Counted from the stretch's first letter, positions 30,881 to 51,050 are shown. The stretch is 64,000 nt of DNA from the human T2T-CHM13v2.0 reference genome, Homo sapiens (GCF_009914755.1 NC_060928.1); one strand, 5' to 3'. The notes: a model not told the origin generated them from the sequence alone. Numbers and translations are program-made.

Positions 30881-32147
30881 TTTTTGTTAGCAGGATGCAT
30901 ATATGGATGTATTACAGCAAAGAGGAAACTCCTGATTAATCCCTAAAACTTTGGCTTTTGAGGGTGACTCCCGAAATAAATACAAATTAAGTTATTGAAT
31001 ATTTTTAGTACAACCTCTCCTCAAAATAAAAAAATCTTGAGGCTTATCTCATGCCTACTAAATTATATTCTTCATTTAATAAAATTTCAAGGTGATATGT
31101 TACATGCTTTAAAATTTGAGAACCTTTGGAACGTATATTTATGCATTCTAGAAACAGAGTTGATGAACTTTACAAATAATTATTTTGGATTAATAATACA
31201 GTGTTGGTATTGATATGTTAGAGATTTTGGAACTCAGGTCAATGGACATGGAAGATTTGGACTGAGGAAGCATGGTTCTATCCTATTTAGAGCAGGTATG
31301 TGCAGAGATAAAATTGAGAGGCACACTTCATTGAAGCATCAGCATGGGTGAACTCAAGCCGCCTCAGAAAATCTCCGAACTACTGAGTCTAATAAAGAAA
31401 GGGGAGGATAATGAAGCAGTATCTCAAACTCTATGGACAGGAAAACTACATGAAGGATCAGTTGTCTTACTGGCAACAGCCCAGTGCAATTAGCTGTTGA
31501 AAATAAGCACATATGGCTTTTTGAAAATCTGCTTATGAGAATTCTTCCTTAGGCATTTTGAGATGCTGCTACTAATGTAAGGAAAGAGAGTAGACAAATG
31601 AAAGAGCATGCCCATTCTGAAACACAAGCACAGAGATCATAATTTTAAGGTAAAAGACCCTGGATTCTATATGGGCCCGTATTTCTTTAAATAGACAGAT
31701 TAATCTAATTTATAATTATCCTACTCACTTTCTTTAATCAGCCATTTTGAATTTTTTTAAAATTTCAGTTGCAAAAGTTATACAAATACATTTATTATTG
31801 TATATATTTGACTATATACATCAATAACTATATATATTTGATGTGTTGTTTTATTTACCCCCTTTGGGATTTTGTAATTTAAAAATATAATAGAGATGTA
31901 TTTTTAATTTGAGCCACAATTTTTGAATACATCAAAATTTCAAAAATAAAACACTATATGTTCAATCCTAATAAATCATAATGTCTACAACAGAGTTAGC
32001 AACCAAAACACCTAACAAGTCTTTCTTTATCTTAGTTTTCTGTTGGTAAGTTTGGCATTTATATTCTGCCTGATATAATGAGAAATTAAATATTTTATTT
32101 ACTAAGTTTATTTTTCACTAGAATTTAGACATCTATATTGTGCTTCT

Positions 32148-32527
32148 CAGTCAGTATTTACTAGGCTATTCTGAAGTAACAGGCAGCTCTAACTCTCAGT
32201 TACTAATAACAAGACTTATTTCTTCATCATTTAGCATGATCATGACAGATTGGTTTTATTGTGGTCACTTGGAGATGATCTAATTTGACCGTAATTCCAC
32301 TATCTTAACATGCCACTATCTTATAATGTATTCATGTTTTGATGTAGGAGAGGAAGGGAGGATGAAGAACTATATGCCAGATCATTAATTCTTCTGTTCA
32401 TATTTCATTGATCAAAACAATGCACATGGTCATGTCTAACTCCAAGGGATTGGCATGATAATCCTGGAGTGTGCCCAGATAAAAGGGAGAGGAAAAAATA
32501 TCGAACAATAATTACATCTCCACCACA
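32148..32527 (-). mobile_element. Old MLT1 (K/L-like) LTR
   Basis: CTAGGCTATTCTGAAGTAACA...CATATTTCATTGATCAAAACA...ATCTCCACCACA. Confidence 0.6.
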
Positions 32528-33444
32528 GTGTAGACCTCATTATAACTGCTATTTCAAGTTTCTTCTTAATGGCTTAGTTATTCACTGCTAGGCATTTTAG
32601 ACCATGGCACCTGGCTGTCATGCAACTTCAAATCAATATTTGCTAGAGAATATACAGGTGTCTTTAAATTTTTAATATTTTCTTCTGTTGCCTTCAAGTA
32701 TAAATGGTGACTTTGCCAGGTAAAGAATACTTCGTTTAAATATTTATTCCACAAATCTTATTTTGATTCAGCCTGGTTTTGTTTGTTTGCATACTAAAAA
32801 AAAAAAAAAACTGTGTTTTCACCTGGATGTTTGTAATATTCTTTACACTTGAATTGTAATAATTTGACTAGAGCAAATTGTGTTGTGTATTGAAATTGAC
32901 TAAATTTTCCTGAAACACTCTGATCCCTTTTAAATTCAGACCAGGTTCTTCATGTCATTATATTTTCTTTCTTTTTCAGCATTTCTACCCACATTTGTTG
33001 GCTGCTATAGCCATTCAAAAAGCCAGGATATTATGCCCATCAGGGCTTTAAGATATTCTATGTTAAGTTCCTAGTTACGTTGGCTATGTTCCTTGAGCTT
33101 AAAATATTCCCATCTTTAATCACACATAATTGAGGAAACATCTAAAGAAACTCAGTAATTTCTGAATGAACCAATTTTGTTGCAGCATCAATGTTTCATT
33201 ATTTTCTTATGTAAAGGAAAATGCTGCAAAAAGTAACATTAAATATTTTAATGACATCTATATATTGACTAAAATTTTTAGAATTATACCTCCTGTTTTT
33301 GTCAATATGCTCTGATTGTAGATTTATTCTTTATCCTTTTAAATAACTTGTTTCATTAATAAATATTGGACCTTTAGAGTCTACTGGTAAAATTGAGTAA
33401 TCCCACTGTGATGTGTACTTCCCATTGATTAGAACTCTAAAAGC

Positions 33445-34145
33445 CAGAACTACTGTATGACCCTGCAACCCCACTATGGGATATATCTCCAAAAGAAAGG
33501 AAATCAGTATATCGAAGAGATATCTGCATTTCCACATTTATTGCAGCACTATTCATGATAGCAAAGATATGGAATCAACCTAAGTATCCACCGATGAATG
33601 AATGGATAAAGAAAATGTGGTATATTTACACAAGGGAATACTATTCTGCCATAAAAAAGAATAAAATCCTGTCATTTGCAACAATGTAGATGGAACTAGA
33701 GGACATTTTGTCAAGTGAAATAAGCCTGGCACAGAAAGACAAATATCACCTGTTCTAATTCATATGTGGGAGATAAAAAAGTTGGTCTCATGGAGATAGA
33801 GAGTAGAATGACAGTTGCCAGACACTAAGAAAGGTAGTGAGGAGAGAGGAATTAAAAGGAGGCGGTTAATGGGTACAGAAAATGCAGTTAGAGGGAATAA
33901 GATCTCGTTTGGGGTGGCACAATGAGGCAACTATAGTTAACAATAATTAATTCATTGTCTATTTCAAAATAGCCGGAAGAATGGAATTGAAATATTCCCA
34001 ACACAAAGAAATGATAAGTGCTTGAAGTTGTTAGAACCCAGTTACCCTGACATGATTATTACACATTGTATGCTTGTATTAAAATATCACATGCACTCCA
34101 TAAATATGCACAACTATTATGCAACCATAAAATGTAAAATAAAAT
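33445..34145 (+). mobile_element. L1MA 3' end
   Basis: TTTATTGCAGCACTATTC...GAAAATGTGGTATAT...AAAATATCACATGCACTCCATAAATATG. Confidence 0.9.
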
Positions 34146-34169
34146 ATGCGTACAAAATATCAAAAACAA

Positions 34170-34680
34170 CTAGCTGAAAATCTGAAAAGCAAACACTAGC
34201 ACATGGATGGAGGAGGTAGGTCAAAACTAGAAAAATGATTATCCTGGTAGCAGTTCCCTGTTTTCCCCTCCCTGTCATCTGCAGCTGATAGAGGAAAACT
34301 TCCTTTTGTTCCTATCTTTTTTTTTCCTCTCCCCATCTTGTCCTGAGGTCAGCCCCAGTCATAGAGCTGAACTGCCTCAGCAATGCAGCCTGTGGTGATA
34401 CAGATACCTGAGACTCAGAGAAGAAAAATCTCTTCCATATAGAAGAGCCAGGGAAAGGGGTGTTGTTTTGTAAAGTATGTTAGAAGTTCCTCATTTTTTG
34501 TTTTCCTTTTTCTATTCTGACACTGACTGCAGGCCTGTCCTTGACCTGAAGCTGCACAGCCACAGCAGCTAGGCGCCAAAGACCGTGAGAGAAAGTCAGT
34601 TCTTTATTTTCAGAATAACTGGGGGAATGAGTGAAGAATATGGAGCATTTCTATTTTTTCTCTTTTCTCACAAAGCTTTT
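34170..34680 (+). mobile_element. Probable ancient L1ME 5' UTR fragment
   Basis: Two loosely repeated GC-richer units (GCTG(A/C)AC...GAGAGAAAG) like old L1 promoters. Confidence 0.35.
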
Positions 34681-36794
34681 TTTGTATATAAGGGAAAAGG
34701 AGGTAATTGTTTCATCTCCCTTCCAACTCTAAAATTCCAAAATATTAGCATTACCCTTTAATTATCACTAAATCTATGCTTTAAAATAATTTCTGAATTT
34801 TTAACTTTCCTTCAAGATTGAACTCTTTAATGATATTTACCAGAATTCCTTAGCCAGACAATGGTGATTTTCAGTGTAGTTCTCTTTTATCTACAACCCT
34901 ATGTCCAAAGTCTGTTCTGGTGATTCAGAGCAAAGTCTGCTCTGAATGGTCATATGTATTCTCAAAGATCTTTCCATCTTCCAAGTGTTCAATTCTTGGC
35001 ATTTGGGCTTTTGCTTTAACACATCACGGTCTATTTATTTATGTGTCAATAATTTAGCGAACTTTGGCTGTGTAACAACAAAAATGTCTGGATAATGTAA
35101 TATTTGCTCAACACTGGGATGATACTTTTATGCCAATCATAGATATGTGAAAAATGCTCATAAAATTTGGTTGATATATAAATAATGTCAACTGAAATAT
35201 TTCCTCAAGTATATCAGCAAGGATAGAGCATTTTGTATTCCAACTTGGTATTCCAATTGAAAATAAATGTGAGATAGATAAGAAGGCCAAACATAACTGT
35301 ATAGGTATTTGATGTCCATTTAATATCTTTTCACAAGGATGGGTATTTTAATCAACTTGAAAATTACCCTTCAAAGAACTTGAGTTTAAATTGTTAGAGT
35401 GATAAGTCATATTTTAATACAATGTGACTTGAATGATAACATTTAATTTCATGGAAAATATGACACAGTGTGACTGGTCAACTCTGCTTTAGCCAGATAC
35501 AGAGCATATATTGCTTTTAAGTATTTAAAATTATATTTCTATAAGCCAAAATGATTTGAATTATCTGGATCAAAGCTTGTTCAAAGCTTTTTAAAAGGCA
35601 CTTCTAATATAATCGCTTATTCACACATAGTTTTCTGTTGAATATGTTCTAGTTGGGAATCATCTTAATTAGCTTTTTGATAAAAGATTACATATTTTGT
35701 AAAAAATTATCATAAAATATTTATTCTTTTTTATTTGTATATACTTACCATATAGACATACCTTTCAATCTACTAAAGAAAGATGAAGGGTAACTTTCCA
35801 CTCTGTCTCTATTCATATGTCTTTCTTCAATTTATAAAAAGTAAACTTTCATCCACTTTGGACACCCTATTAAAGGTAGAGACATGCCCTATTCTGGTGC
35901 TCTCTGTTGGTCACGATTCTTCAGTTAAATGTTACCAACTACATGGGGCTTTTCTGGAGATGTCTGCATTGATGGTGTTAGGCAATGCGTGATCCCAGCA
36001 TGGATGACAAGATCAGGGTCTGCCTTGTACACTGAAATCTCCCAATTGTGCAGCCCCAGACCAAGGAGAGAAAGAAGTTCAGTTTGACACCATGTCCAAA
36101 GCAGTTCAAAATCCAACTTTTTCAGATTGATACTTTGTAACCTGAGTTACTTTCTTTTACATTTCTCTGCTAGTTCAGGACCTGGAAGTGAGAACAGCCT
36201 CCTGGCTTTAAGGTCTACACTTTTTCACCTCTGAGTCATGAGCCCAGCCCTATAACACATGCTGTAAGGAAAACCTGGGAGGGCAGAGAGGGCAAAACCT
36301 TCTTACATATCTAAACATTGGTAGTCTAGGGAATTAAATTATTATTTTCAAATTAAAAATATTTGGCTAATATTAGTGTAGTCTCTATGTTTTTCCACAA
36401 ATAAACGTTTTTCTTATTAGAATGGAAAATTCTAGTGATACAAACTTACATTCTGGTGAATGGCGGGTCTTGCTTTGGTTCAACGGTTGACTGTTTCCAA
36501 TTTGGACAGATAAGTACCTCATGGTCTAACCCCACATGCTAGTGAATTTTATTTTGAGATGAACAACATCCAAGTTTATAATAAAATGTTACACTATTTC
36601 ATATGCTTATTTCCTGCCTTCAGGGATCTCTCAGGGTTGAAGGATAACCATGCCAAGGCAAATTTCTAGCACTGCTATGTAGCCAAAATGTCATCTTAGG
36701 ATCACTTTTTTGAATAGTACCTAATTTTGATTTTACTTCTCAGTGAATCAAAAGAAATGCTCAGTATCATAACTTTTTTAAATGGTGCATTCGC

Positions 36795-37130
36795 TTTATT
36801 TTTTAATTGTCAAACAAAATTCTACACATGTATTGTGTACAATATGCTGTCTTAAAATATACATACATTGTGGAATGGCTAAATCAAGCTAATTAACGTA
36901 TGCATTACCTCACTTTTTTGTGGTGAGAATGCTTAAAATCTCTATTGGCAATTTTCAAGAATAAAATACGTTGTTATTAACTATAGTCTTCATGTTGTGC
37001 TATAGGTCTCTTAAACTTATTTCTTTTATTTAAAATTTTGTGTCATTTTGCCAACATTTCTAACATCCATCAGCCCATCCCCTGGTAACCATTATTCTAC
37101 TCTGTACTTCTATGAGTTCAACTTTTTTAG
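36795..37130 (-). mobile_element. L1MA 3' UTR
   Basis: ACATTGTGGAATGGCTAAATCAAGCTAATTAAC...TCTATGAGTTCAAC. Confidence 0.88.
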
Positions 37131-37574
37131 AATAATAGCTTTTTTGAATCTAATTCCGAACACTGAAGATGAATTGATTGATGAATATGCTATGGTAAAA
37201 TTAGAAGCATGGTATTGTGATTTGTGGGCACAGTTGAGAACATTAATAAATATTATAAAAGACTTAAAAGATGACAACATTTGAGCTGGACTTTAATTCA
37301 CAAGTAAGAGTACCTAAGTAAAAACTGTAAAACTTAATATTTGGAAACATAACAAGTACTCATTATTGAGAGCCTACAGTTTGTGGGAGACAGCACAGGA
37401 GCTGAAATAACCAAACTGATTAGCAGTTTTAAAGATATTGATAAGTTTTGTTATCTATATCGCTTTAAAACTAATAACTATTTGCATTACTTTACAAGAC
37501 ACATGTTTAGTTTTCATGATAAGCTGTGAACAAAATAGACAAAAGCACTGATGATCATTACTAACTTAAGAAAA

Positions 37575-38250
37575 AAATCATGATAGCTAACATCTTATGA
37601 GAATTCAATATGTCCCAGACACTTTATCATATATGATTTTTTGGTGTCCTTCGAAGGCCCTTTTTGGTAGGTGTGATGGCAAATTTTGTTTGTCAACTTG
37701 TCTGTGCCATGTGGTGCCCAGATATTTCATCAAACATTATTTTGGGTGTTTCTGTGAGAGTATTTTGGATGAGATTAATATTTAAATCAGTGAACCTTGA
37801 GTAAAGCAGATTATCTTTCACAATGTGGGTGGTCCTCATTCAATCAGTTGAGCTGATTATAATGAAAAGGTTGGCCACCCTTAGAGCTAGAGAAAATTCT
37901 CCAGCAGACTGTTTTCAGACTTCATCTGCATCAGCTCTTCCTAGTTCTACAGTAGACTGCCTTTTGACTTGAACTGGAACATAGGGTCTTCTTGGTCTTC
38001 AGCCTGCTGGGTCACAATGCAAATTCTGAATTTGTCAGTGTCCATAATCCCATGAACCCATTTCCTATAATAAATCTTGCACTCTATATATCCATTCTGT
38101 GGGTTCTAATACAGCAGGCTTATATTAGTAATTTTATAGATAGGAAAACTGCAACTTAGAGATGTTATGCAACTTGCCCAAGGTTGCAGAGCAATAAGGC
38201 TGAACCAAAAATTAAAATGAAGGTAGTTTGACGCTAGAACAAATACATTA
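37575..38250 (-). mobile_element. MIR interrupted by MLT2
   Basis: ATAGCTAACAT on the left; ATTTTATAGATAGGAAAACTG...ACTTGCCCAAGGT on the right. Confidence 0.7.
37672..38113 (+). mobile_element. MLT2 (D-like) solo LTR
   Basis: TGTGATGGCAAATTTTGTTTGTCAACTTG...CTAATACA; TSD GTAGG/GCAGG. Confidence 0.9.
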
Positions 38251-38463
38251 GATTTTACTCAGGTTAAATTCAATGCCAAATAGTATAAAGTCTGACAGTG
38301 GTTGAAAATCAATAGCATTAAGTATAAGATGGAGCCAGTGGGCTTAACATGAAACTGTAAACTATTTTCTTTAAGTTCTATGCAAGTCTATATAAAATGA
38401 TGATGCTGACAAAAAGAAAGTATTTTTAACTTGTAGAATTGTAGTGTTAAAATAGAGAGTATT

Positions 38464-38753
38464 GGTCAGGTGTAGTGGCTCATGCCTGTAATCCCAGCAC
38501 TTTGGGGGGCCAAGGCGAGAGGATCACCTGAGGTCAGGAGTTTCAAACCAGCCTCATTGCAAAACCCCTTCTCTACTAAAAATACAAAAATTAGCCAGGA
38601 GTGCTGGTGGGTGACTGTAATCCCAGCTACTTGGGAGGCTTAGGCTACCCGAGAGGTGGAGGTTGCAGTGAGCCAAGATTGCACCATTGCACTCCAGCCT
38701 GGGCTACAGAGCAAGACTCTGTCTCAAAAATAAATAAATAAATAAAAATAAAA
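38464..38753 (+). mobile_element. AluS with small deletions
   Basis: TSD AAAATA(G/C)AGAGTATT. Confidence 0.95.
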
Positions 38754-38779
38754 ATACAGAGTATTTTTTGTCTTTCTTC

Positions 38780-39220
38780 ATTTACCCATTAATTCATTAT
38801 GTACATAAATATGTTTTGAGCTTCTAAGAGATATGTACATAGAAACAGAAGTGGATAAAAGGAATAAGGTTGCTGCCCCCATGAAGTTTGTGATCTAATA
38901 AGCTTAATGGGGACATATGCAAGGTAAATATAAAAGAAATGCATTGAACAGATCAGAAGTTTAATGATCATTGAGAATATAACATATAGGGACTAAATTT
39001 AGATTAGAAACTCACAGATATCTTCTCTGCAGGTGGTGCATTAAAATAGAAACAATATTTAGCAAAAATTAATCAAACAGGAAATTTGATGGGGAAAAAG
39101 AGGGATGTATATGGAAGAGGAGAGGAGTACACACTGCAGAAGAGTGCAATCCCTTTAAATTTGTGTGTAGAAAAGAATTGAATATATTTTAGTTTCTGAA
39201 AGAACTGGGATAAATATATT
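38780..39220 (-). mobile_element. L2 fragment
   Basis: TCATTTACCCATTAATTCATT...TTGCTGCCCCCATGAAGTTTG. Confidence 0.55.
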
Positions 39221-41644
39221 CTGGATTTTATGTCCCTTTATTGACTTTTATCATGAAGGTGGTATCAAAAGTGGAATTTCATTATTTGATATACAGGGAG
39301 GCTCTATTGATAATGGTCATTGAATTCTGGGGCACTAGATGACATCACGACAATTTTCTGGAAGCCAAATAATAGCCTTTATCAATGGAATTGAAATGCT
39401 AATTTTACACCCTTGGGAAAGGGTAAACTGTGCTTTCTGATGTGCATTCACTGGCTAATTAATTGAGGACATAGAGAGGAAATCGAGTAGGAGGGCCATA
39501 TTTGACCTAATAGCTGCCCCTCCAAAAAATCTTTCTTTACAATAATTATGACCTTCCCTCACCTCCTGTCTCTGTTTTGCTCCTAATTAACTCCTACAAA
39601 ATGCAAATCCTCCAGGAAATTCTCCCTAACCAAACTTCTGTGTTTAAATGCATATGTTTTCTGTTCTCCTATTGTATCTTAAGCATTTTATCTCCACACT
39701 AGCATTAGATTGTAATTATCATTTTACAAGTTAGTTCTCCTACAAACTCATTGAGGTCAAGTAAAATAAAGCTAAACCAAACTTATTTCACAGTGGCGTT
39801 AAAAAAATTTATATAAAGTAGAAAGCATGATCAAAGGATAAAAACCTAGGAAGTAATAGATGTGTTAATTTTCAAATTTCAGGCTTTTAAAAAACAAATT
39901 TGTGAGTAATAAATATTTTACAAATGTATAGTCACGCCTTTGCCAGAATGACAATCTAGAAAAATATGCTGCTGTGGATTTAAATGCAAAGTAATATTTT
40001 ACTTAAATTTTAATTTTAGGATACAGTTAAAAATACATATGATTTTTACCCAATTTTCCAGTATTGTATACCATTTTAACTACTTTCTTTATATAGTAAT
40101 AACATTCAGTCTAATATAATACAGCATGACTAATTGCTTGAAAACTATCGCTGTTCTTGGATAGAAAACAATACATTTGCAAAATAAAAGTAAGTTAATT
40201 TTAATAAAAGAAATAGCCTTGATATATTATAAAGTGTATTTAGACAGACAAATGTTAAATGCATGGTTTGTTGTCTTTTTGCTCATAGTGAAGATTTTCT
40301 TTCTTGTAAGGGTCCCCAAAAACCATTATCTTGGTTTCTCAGAATACAAAATAACAGTTGACTAATGTGTGTAACAGAACAATTTTATCCATATGGTATG
40401 AAAGAACCAGCCTTTTTAGTATGTGGATGTCACAAAGTGCCAGGAGGAAAATCAGCAATCTTCTCACTTTCTACTTTTTTCTAATCTATTAAAATTCTTC
40501 CAGATTGCCTGTTGCAACTACAGCTGTGAGCCTGTGATTGTCACTAGACCGAAATGTAACTAGACTTTACCATTGAGCATATACATGAAGAATGAGTAAA
40601 TGTTCATTCCCACCTTGCCCAGAACAGTACACAGACATAAGTTTTATTTGATGCTATTAAGGCTAATGGGAAATATCTAAATGTCAAGCCAATTTCTATC
40701 AATGTGTACTAAACAACTGCGTTTTGAATTAGGATTAAGTTTGCTATTGAAGAGAAATATTAATTGAGATCCTGATGCTATGCATTTTTTAATCTTTAGC
40801 GTAACAAACATTTTTTAAACCATATATGTATATAAAAATGAAATCTACAATTAAATATTAATATTTAACCTGGAGATTTAATTTATATATCCCTTATTAA
40901 AAATATTGACATAATTTAAAATAAAATATAATATTTATTTGATAATGTTCAATAGACTTACTGATATATTAAATGATGATGATAATAATAATGCTTCAAA
41001 TTAGTTTGATGGAGGAAATCAATTTAAGCAGAGTACAATCTGGAAAAATAAGTCATGAAATTTTATGTTCACATAATTTCCCTTTTGTTTCCTACATTTT
41101 GACCAGAAATGTGATTGAATAAAAATATATAATAAATATCAACAGAAAAATAATTTTATGAATGTTGAAACCTACATTGCTTTTATAATGTAAATGAAAT
41201 ATACAGGTCACAGTAATTTAATGAATTCATTGGTGTTCTATCATTAAGCTCATATTCTCTCTATGAGTGGTGCTTTATAATTTCAAATAATTTTTCAGCT
41301 TTTATTTACTTATTTTCCCAAGAAATTCATGAGGATATTAACCAAATATCATTACTCTCATTTTACAGAATAGGAAGCTAAATTAGAGTCAATTACCTAA
41401 GTCATAAATGAAACACCTAGAGCAATGGCACTGCTTTTTAAAAAATGCCAACATGGTGTTTATTTCATTATATTGTACAGTGTCTTAAATAGAATATTTT
41501 CAATGATAAATGTTGTAATTGTATTACAATGGTGCCAAGGAGTATGCTGATGATTTCTATCATTATATTTTAAAACATACCATTTGAAAAAATGTATAAC
41601 TATATTTTGATACTCAGGTTCTCTCAAGCTCATTAATGTGTTTT

Positions 41645-45862
<4,218 letters not shown>

Positions 45863-46042
45863 TAAGGTGTTTTCACTTTTTTATTTTAAGCAGATTTATG
45901 AAAGTGTAGAAAAAACTATGAATAGGTCAAGAAGTAGCATATTTTTATATGATAAAAATTAAAAGCTTACTTTATGCTTATAGAAGTATCTTTTAAAAAA
46001 TATCGCCATATCTATTCCAAAATATACTAATTGATGTAATAA

Positions 46043-46432
<390 letters not shown>

Positions 46433-46756
46433 TAACTCTTCCATAAGGAATTTTGTTTATGGATCTCAGAATTTAAAATCATTTTATGTGTTTTAATAAT
46501 GTTGACAGATTGCATCATGTAGCTGATAATATTACTTTACAGTTCATCTTTGTATCCAAAGTCTACCCAATGACTAACCCGTTTCTAATTATTACTACAA
46601 AGACGTCATGAAATGTGAGTGGTAGTATTGTAAAAATGTTATTACTACCTGTACACTTCTGTAAAAACAGAAGTCCTCCCAAATGTGCAAATGCCATCAT
46701 CTCCCACAAAACTATGAAAAAAGGAGACTCCTGGCAAGTTATTCAGTTCATCAAAA

Positions 46757-47795
<1,039 letters not shown>

Positions 47796-48890
47796 TAATG
47801 ACTTCAATTAATCATTTACAACATACATGGTATGGTGAGATCATCCCCAGATCCCAAACAGTGAGCACCCAACATAAAAAGCAATTTGACTGTTTTTTTG
47901 ATTATTAAAATATAGATTTTTTTTTTTGGTTTGTATAATCTGTGTTTGATTTAAAGGTATAATTTGATAACTAAAAAAAAAAGTTTTAATAGAAATATCA
48001 CCAATATTGTCTCCAGAATTAGAAAAGTGGTTTTAAAGGGGTAACTAAAGTAATTTTAACAAGATGACATTTCCAATCTACAATGAGAAAGAAATACAAA
48101 TATTTATGAACTAAATAGCACAGCCTTTGTACTCATAATGCATGCATGGCAGAGGAAAGGTTTAAAACGGAATTGATGGAAACACAATAGAAACAGGAAG
48201 TGTTAACTATCCTTTGTCAACCTATGTCAAATTAAGTAGAACTAAAGCAAGTATGAAGAAGATTAGAAAATTATTTTTTACTAGTGGATATAAACTGACT
48301 CTTCTAACTGGAAAAAGAGGCTATAAATGGAAAATTGATTGTGTGTCAGACTTCAAGAATACCCTCAAACTCTCAAAGCACTTTATATAAAGCCAGTCTA
48401 ATATTAATGACAAAACATCATTAGAATACAGTTTAAATTGTAACACTTTGTGATTCCATTTGAATAAATTTCAAATGCAGGCAAAACTAATCTATATTTT
48501 CAAAAGTCTGGAAATATTTGTCATTGGAGTGGGATACTAATAGGAAGGAAAATGTGTTCTGTAGTTCTGATTACTTTCTGATTCTTGATCTGGATGGTAC
48601 TACATGTGCCTGCTCTCTGTGTAATTATATCACCATTATTGCAATTATAAATTGTGTCCTTGTCTCTATCTATGATACACTTCTCTAAAAGTCTATTGAA
48701 ATATAAAATCAGGAAATCTAATCGATAAACAAGTATATAGCTTTTTAAATTAAACCTTAGTGAATAAAATTCTATAGTACTATTAAAAATGATATGAAAT
48801 AATAATTCAAAACAATATAAGTAATTAATACAATTCTTCCAATTTATAGGTCAAGAAAACTATCACAGGATCATCTCCAAACATATTTAA

Positions 48891-49015
48891 AAAGTATTTG
48901 TTTTATTTGATTATATATTTTTGTTTAAAAATACACATCTACATATGTATACATGTGCCATATGTAGATGTGTATTTTTAAACAAAAATATGTAATCAAA
49001 TAAAACAAATACTTT
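48891..49015. repeat. Near-perfect inverted repeat, 57-bp arms, 11-nt spacer
   Basis: 48891-48947 is the reverse complement of 48959-49015 with a single mismatch. Confidence 0.95.
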
Positions 49016-49224
49016 CAGTATTTTTTTCATTAAATCTTAAAGCATTTCTTATATTCACCAAAAAAAACACATCTACATTTATATCTATATGTATATCTGT
49101 AGTTAAAATGGTTACATTGAAAAAGTTCATATATACACTGAAGAATATATATTTATGTAAACACATATGCATGTATATATATTTATATAAATATATATAC
49201 ACATGTGGATGTTGACAAATATAT

Positions 49225-49425
49225 ACAAACACATTTATTAAGCACTTACTGAGAACAGACATTCTAATTGCTTTACATGTAATTACATCATATTCAATAT
49301 AGTAAGTCTATGAATTAGATATTATTATAGATAAGACAATTGAACTACAGAATTTTAATAATTTTCCCAGTATTATACACAAAGTAAAAATTAAACAAGA
49401 GTAACAACTAGACAATTTGACTTCA
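49225..49425 (-). mobile_element. MIR
   Basis: AACACATTTATTAAGCACTTACT...GCTTTACATGTAATT. Confidence 0.65.
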
Positions 49426-49559
49426 TATTTTCTGTGTCTTTTTATGCGTTGGAATTCTTCTCCAAATATGTTATTTAAAGCCAATTCTGTGACATTAAAA
49501 ACAGATTTCCAATATAGTCAGAAACAAGAAAGGTATTAACATGATTTATCTTTCCTTTA

Positions 49560-51050
49560 AAAAAAAACTGGCTGATGCAATTAATAAAAACAAATAACGG
49601 CTATAAAATTCGTAATAAGTAAAAATTGCCATTTTGTATATGGCATATTCTATATCCAGAGAAGCTAAAATTCAAAATCCAAAAACTACTGTAAGGAAAT
49701 AGATAACTCCGTAAGATTACTAGGTACATAACAGGTCAAAACCAGTAAGTTTCCTACAGACCACCAATTGATTAGGAATAATAGGCAATAAATTATTGCA
49801 TTTATTATAGCATTGATAAATATCTGTAAAAATGAGGTAATAAGCAATAGTCAGCTGATAGATATATATAAAGAGTAGTTTACAATTCTTTTCTTGGGTT
49901 TAAAAAAGATAATTACATTGAAATATATATTATGTTCATGTTTGGAAAGGCAATTTTGTAATAAAATGATAATTTTTAATCAAACAATCTGATCACAAAA
50001 AATTACTGACAAAATGTTTGAATTTGAAAAAATGTCATCTTTAAAAAACAAATGAAGATAACCAGAATACTTCTGGAAAAAATATTCAAAGCAGATATCA
50101 GAATTCAGATTTGGATGCTAAAAACTTTAGGGATTGTCTACAGCAAATAATCTCATTTTACATAACTAGAGAAAACATAATAATGATGTTAGTGTAACTT
50201 ATAAGTTATTTGGGAAAAAACAAATTTGAAATTTTACCTTATTCTGCAGTAAAAAAAATGCTAGTCAATCAAAGTTTTAAATCTAAAAACAAAACCACAC
50301 AATAAAATGCAATTACACTTATATAATGTAAAGAAATTACTGCCATAAAGGACAAAGGACCCAGCATCAGTGCAATCCTTGCTGATAAATTTTACCATGC
50401 TTTAGAAAAGTTAAAAAATATATATTTTGAAAAAAATTACATAATATATGTAACTATAACATACAAAGCTCTAATAGAAATCAAAATGAAGAATAAACAA
50501 CTTTACAAAAATTATTGATTTTCAAGTGAAATTAATTTACATGAACTTATGCATAGAAAAATAAATCTGTTAAGAGTATACAGTAAAAGTTGTTCAATCT
50601 TACTGAAAATTAAGCAAAAGAGAATTTCAAAACATGTTAAATATTTTTACCTATCAAATTGGAAGAGGTTTGATAACACTCATTTTTCTTAATGGTTTAA
50701 AGGTGGTGCATTTTCATACCTGTGGTTGAGACAATAAATTGGAGCATTTGACAACACATTAAAAAATTTAAAATATATATATTTTTAAAACCAGAAATGA
50801 CTTGGCTGTCAATTGACTAGTTATGCAGAAAAGTACATTAAAATATATCTGTGAGGTTAGTCATTGAAATGTTAGTTGTAATAAAAGAAAAATCTGAAGA
50901 CTATAAAAATTCGTGAATAAAACAATTGTCATATAAACTATAAAATATAGCCAATGGAATAATATACAGATTTAAATACAAAAGCAAAATTATATGTGGT
51001 AACAAAATATTTCCAATAAATAAACTGCAAATTAATGTGTATGACTTCAT
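49560..51050 (+). mobile_element. Very degraded L1ME ORF2/3' fragments
   Basis: A-rich with TTTTTACCTATCAAATTGG and TTCCTACAGACCACCAA motifs. Confidence 0.5.
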
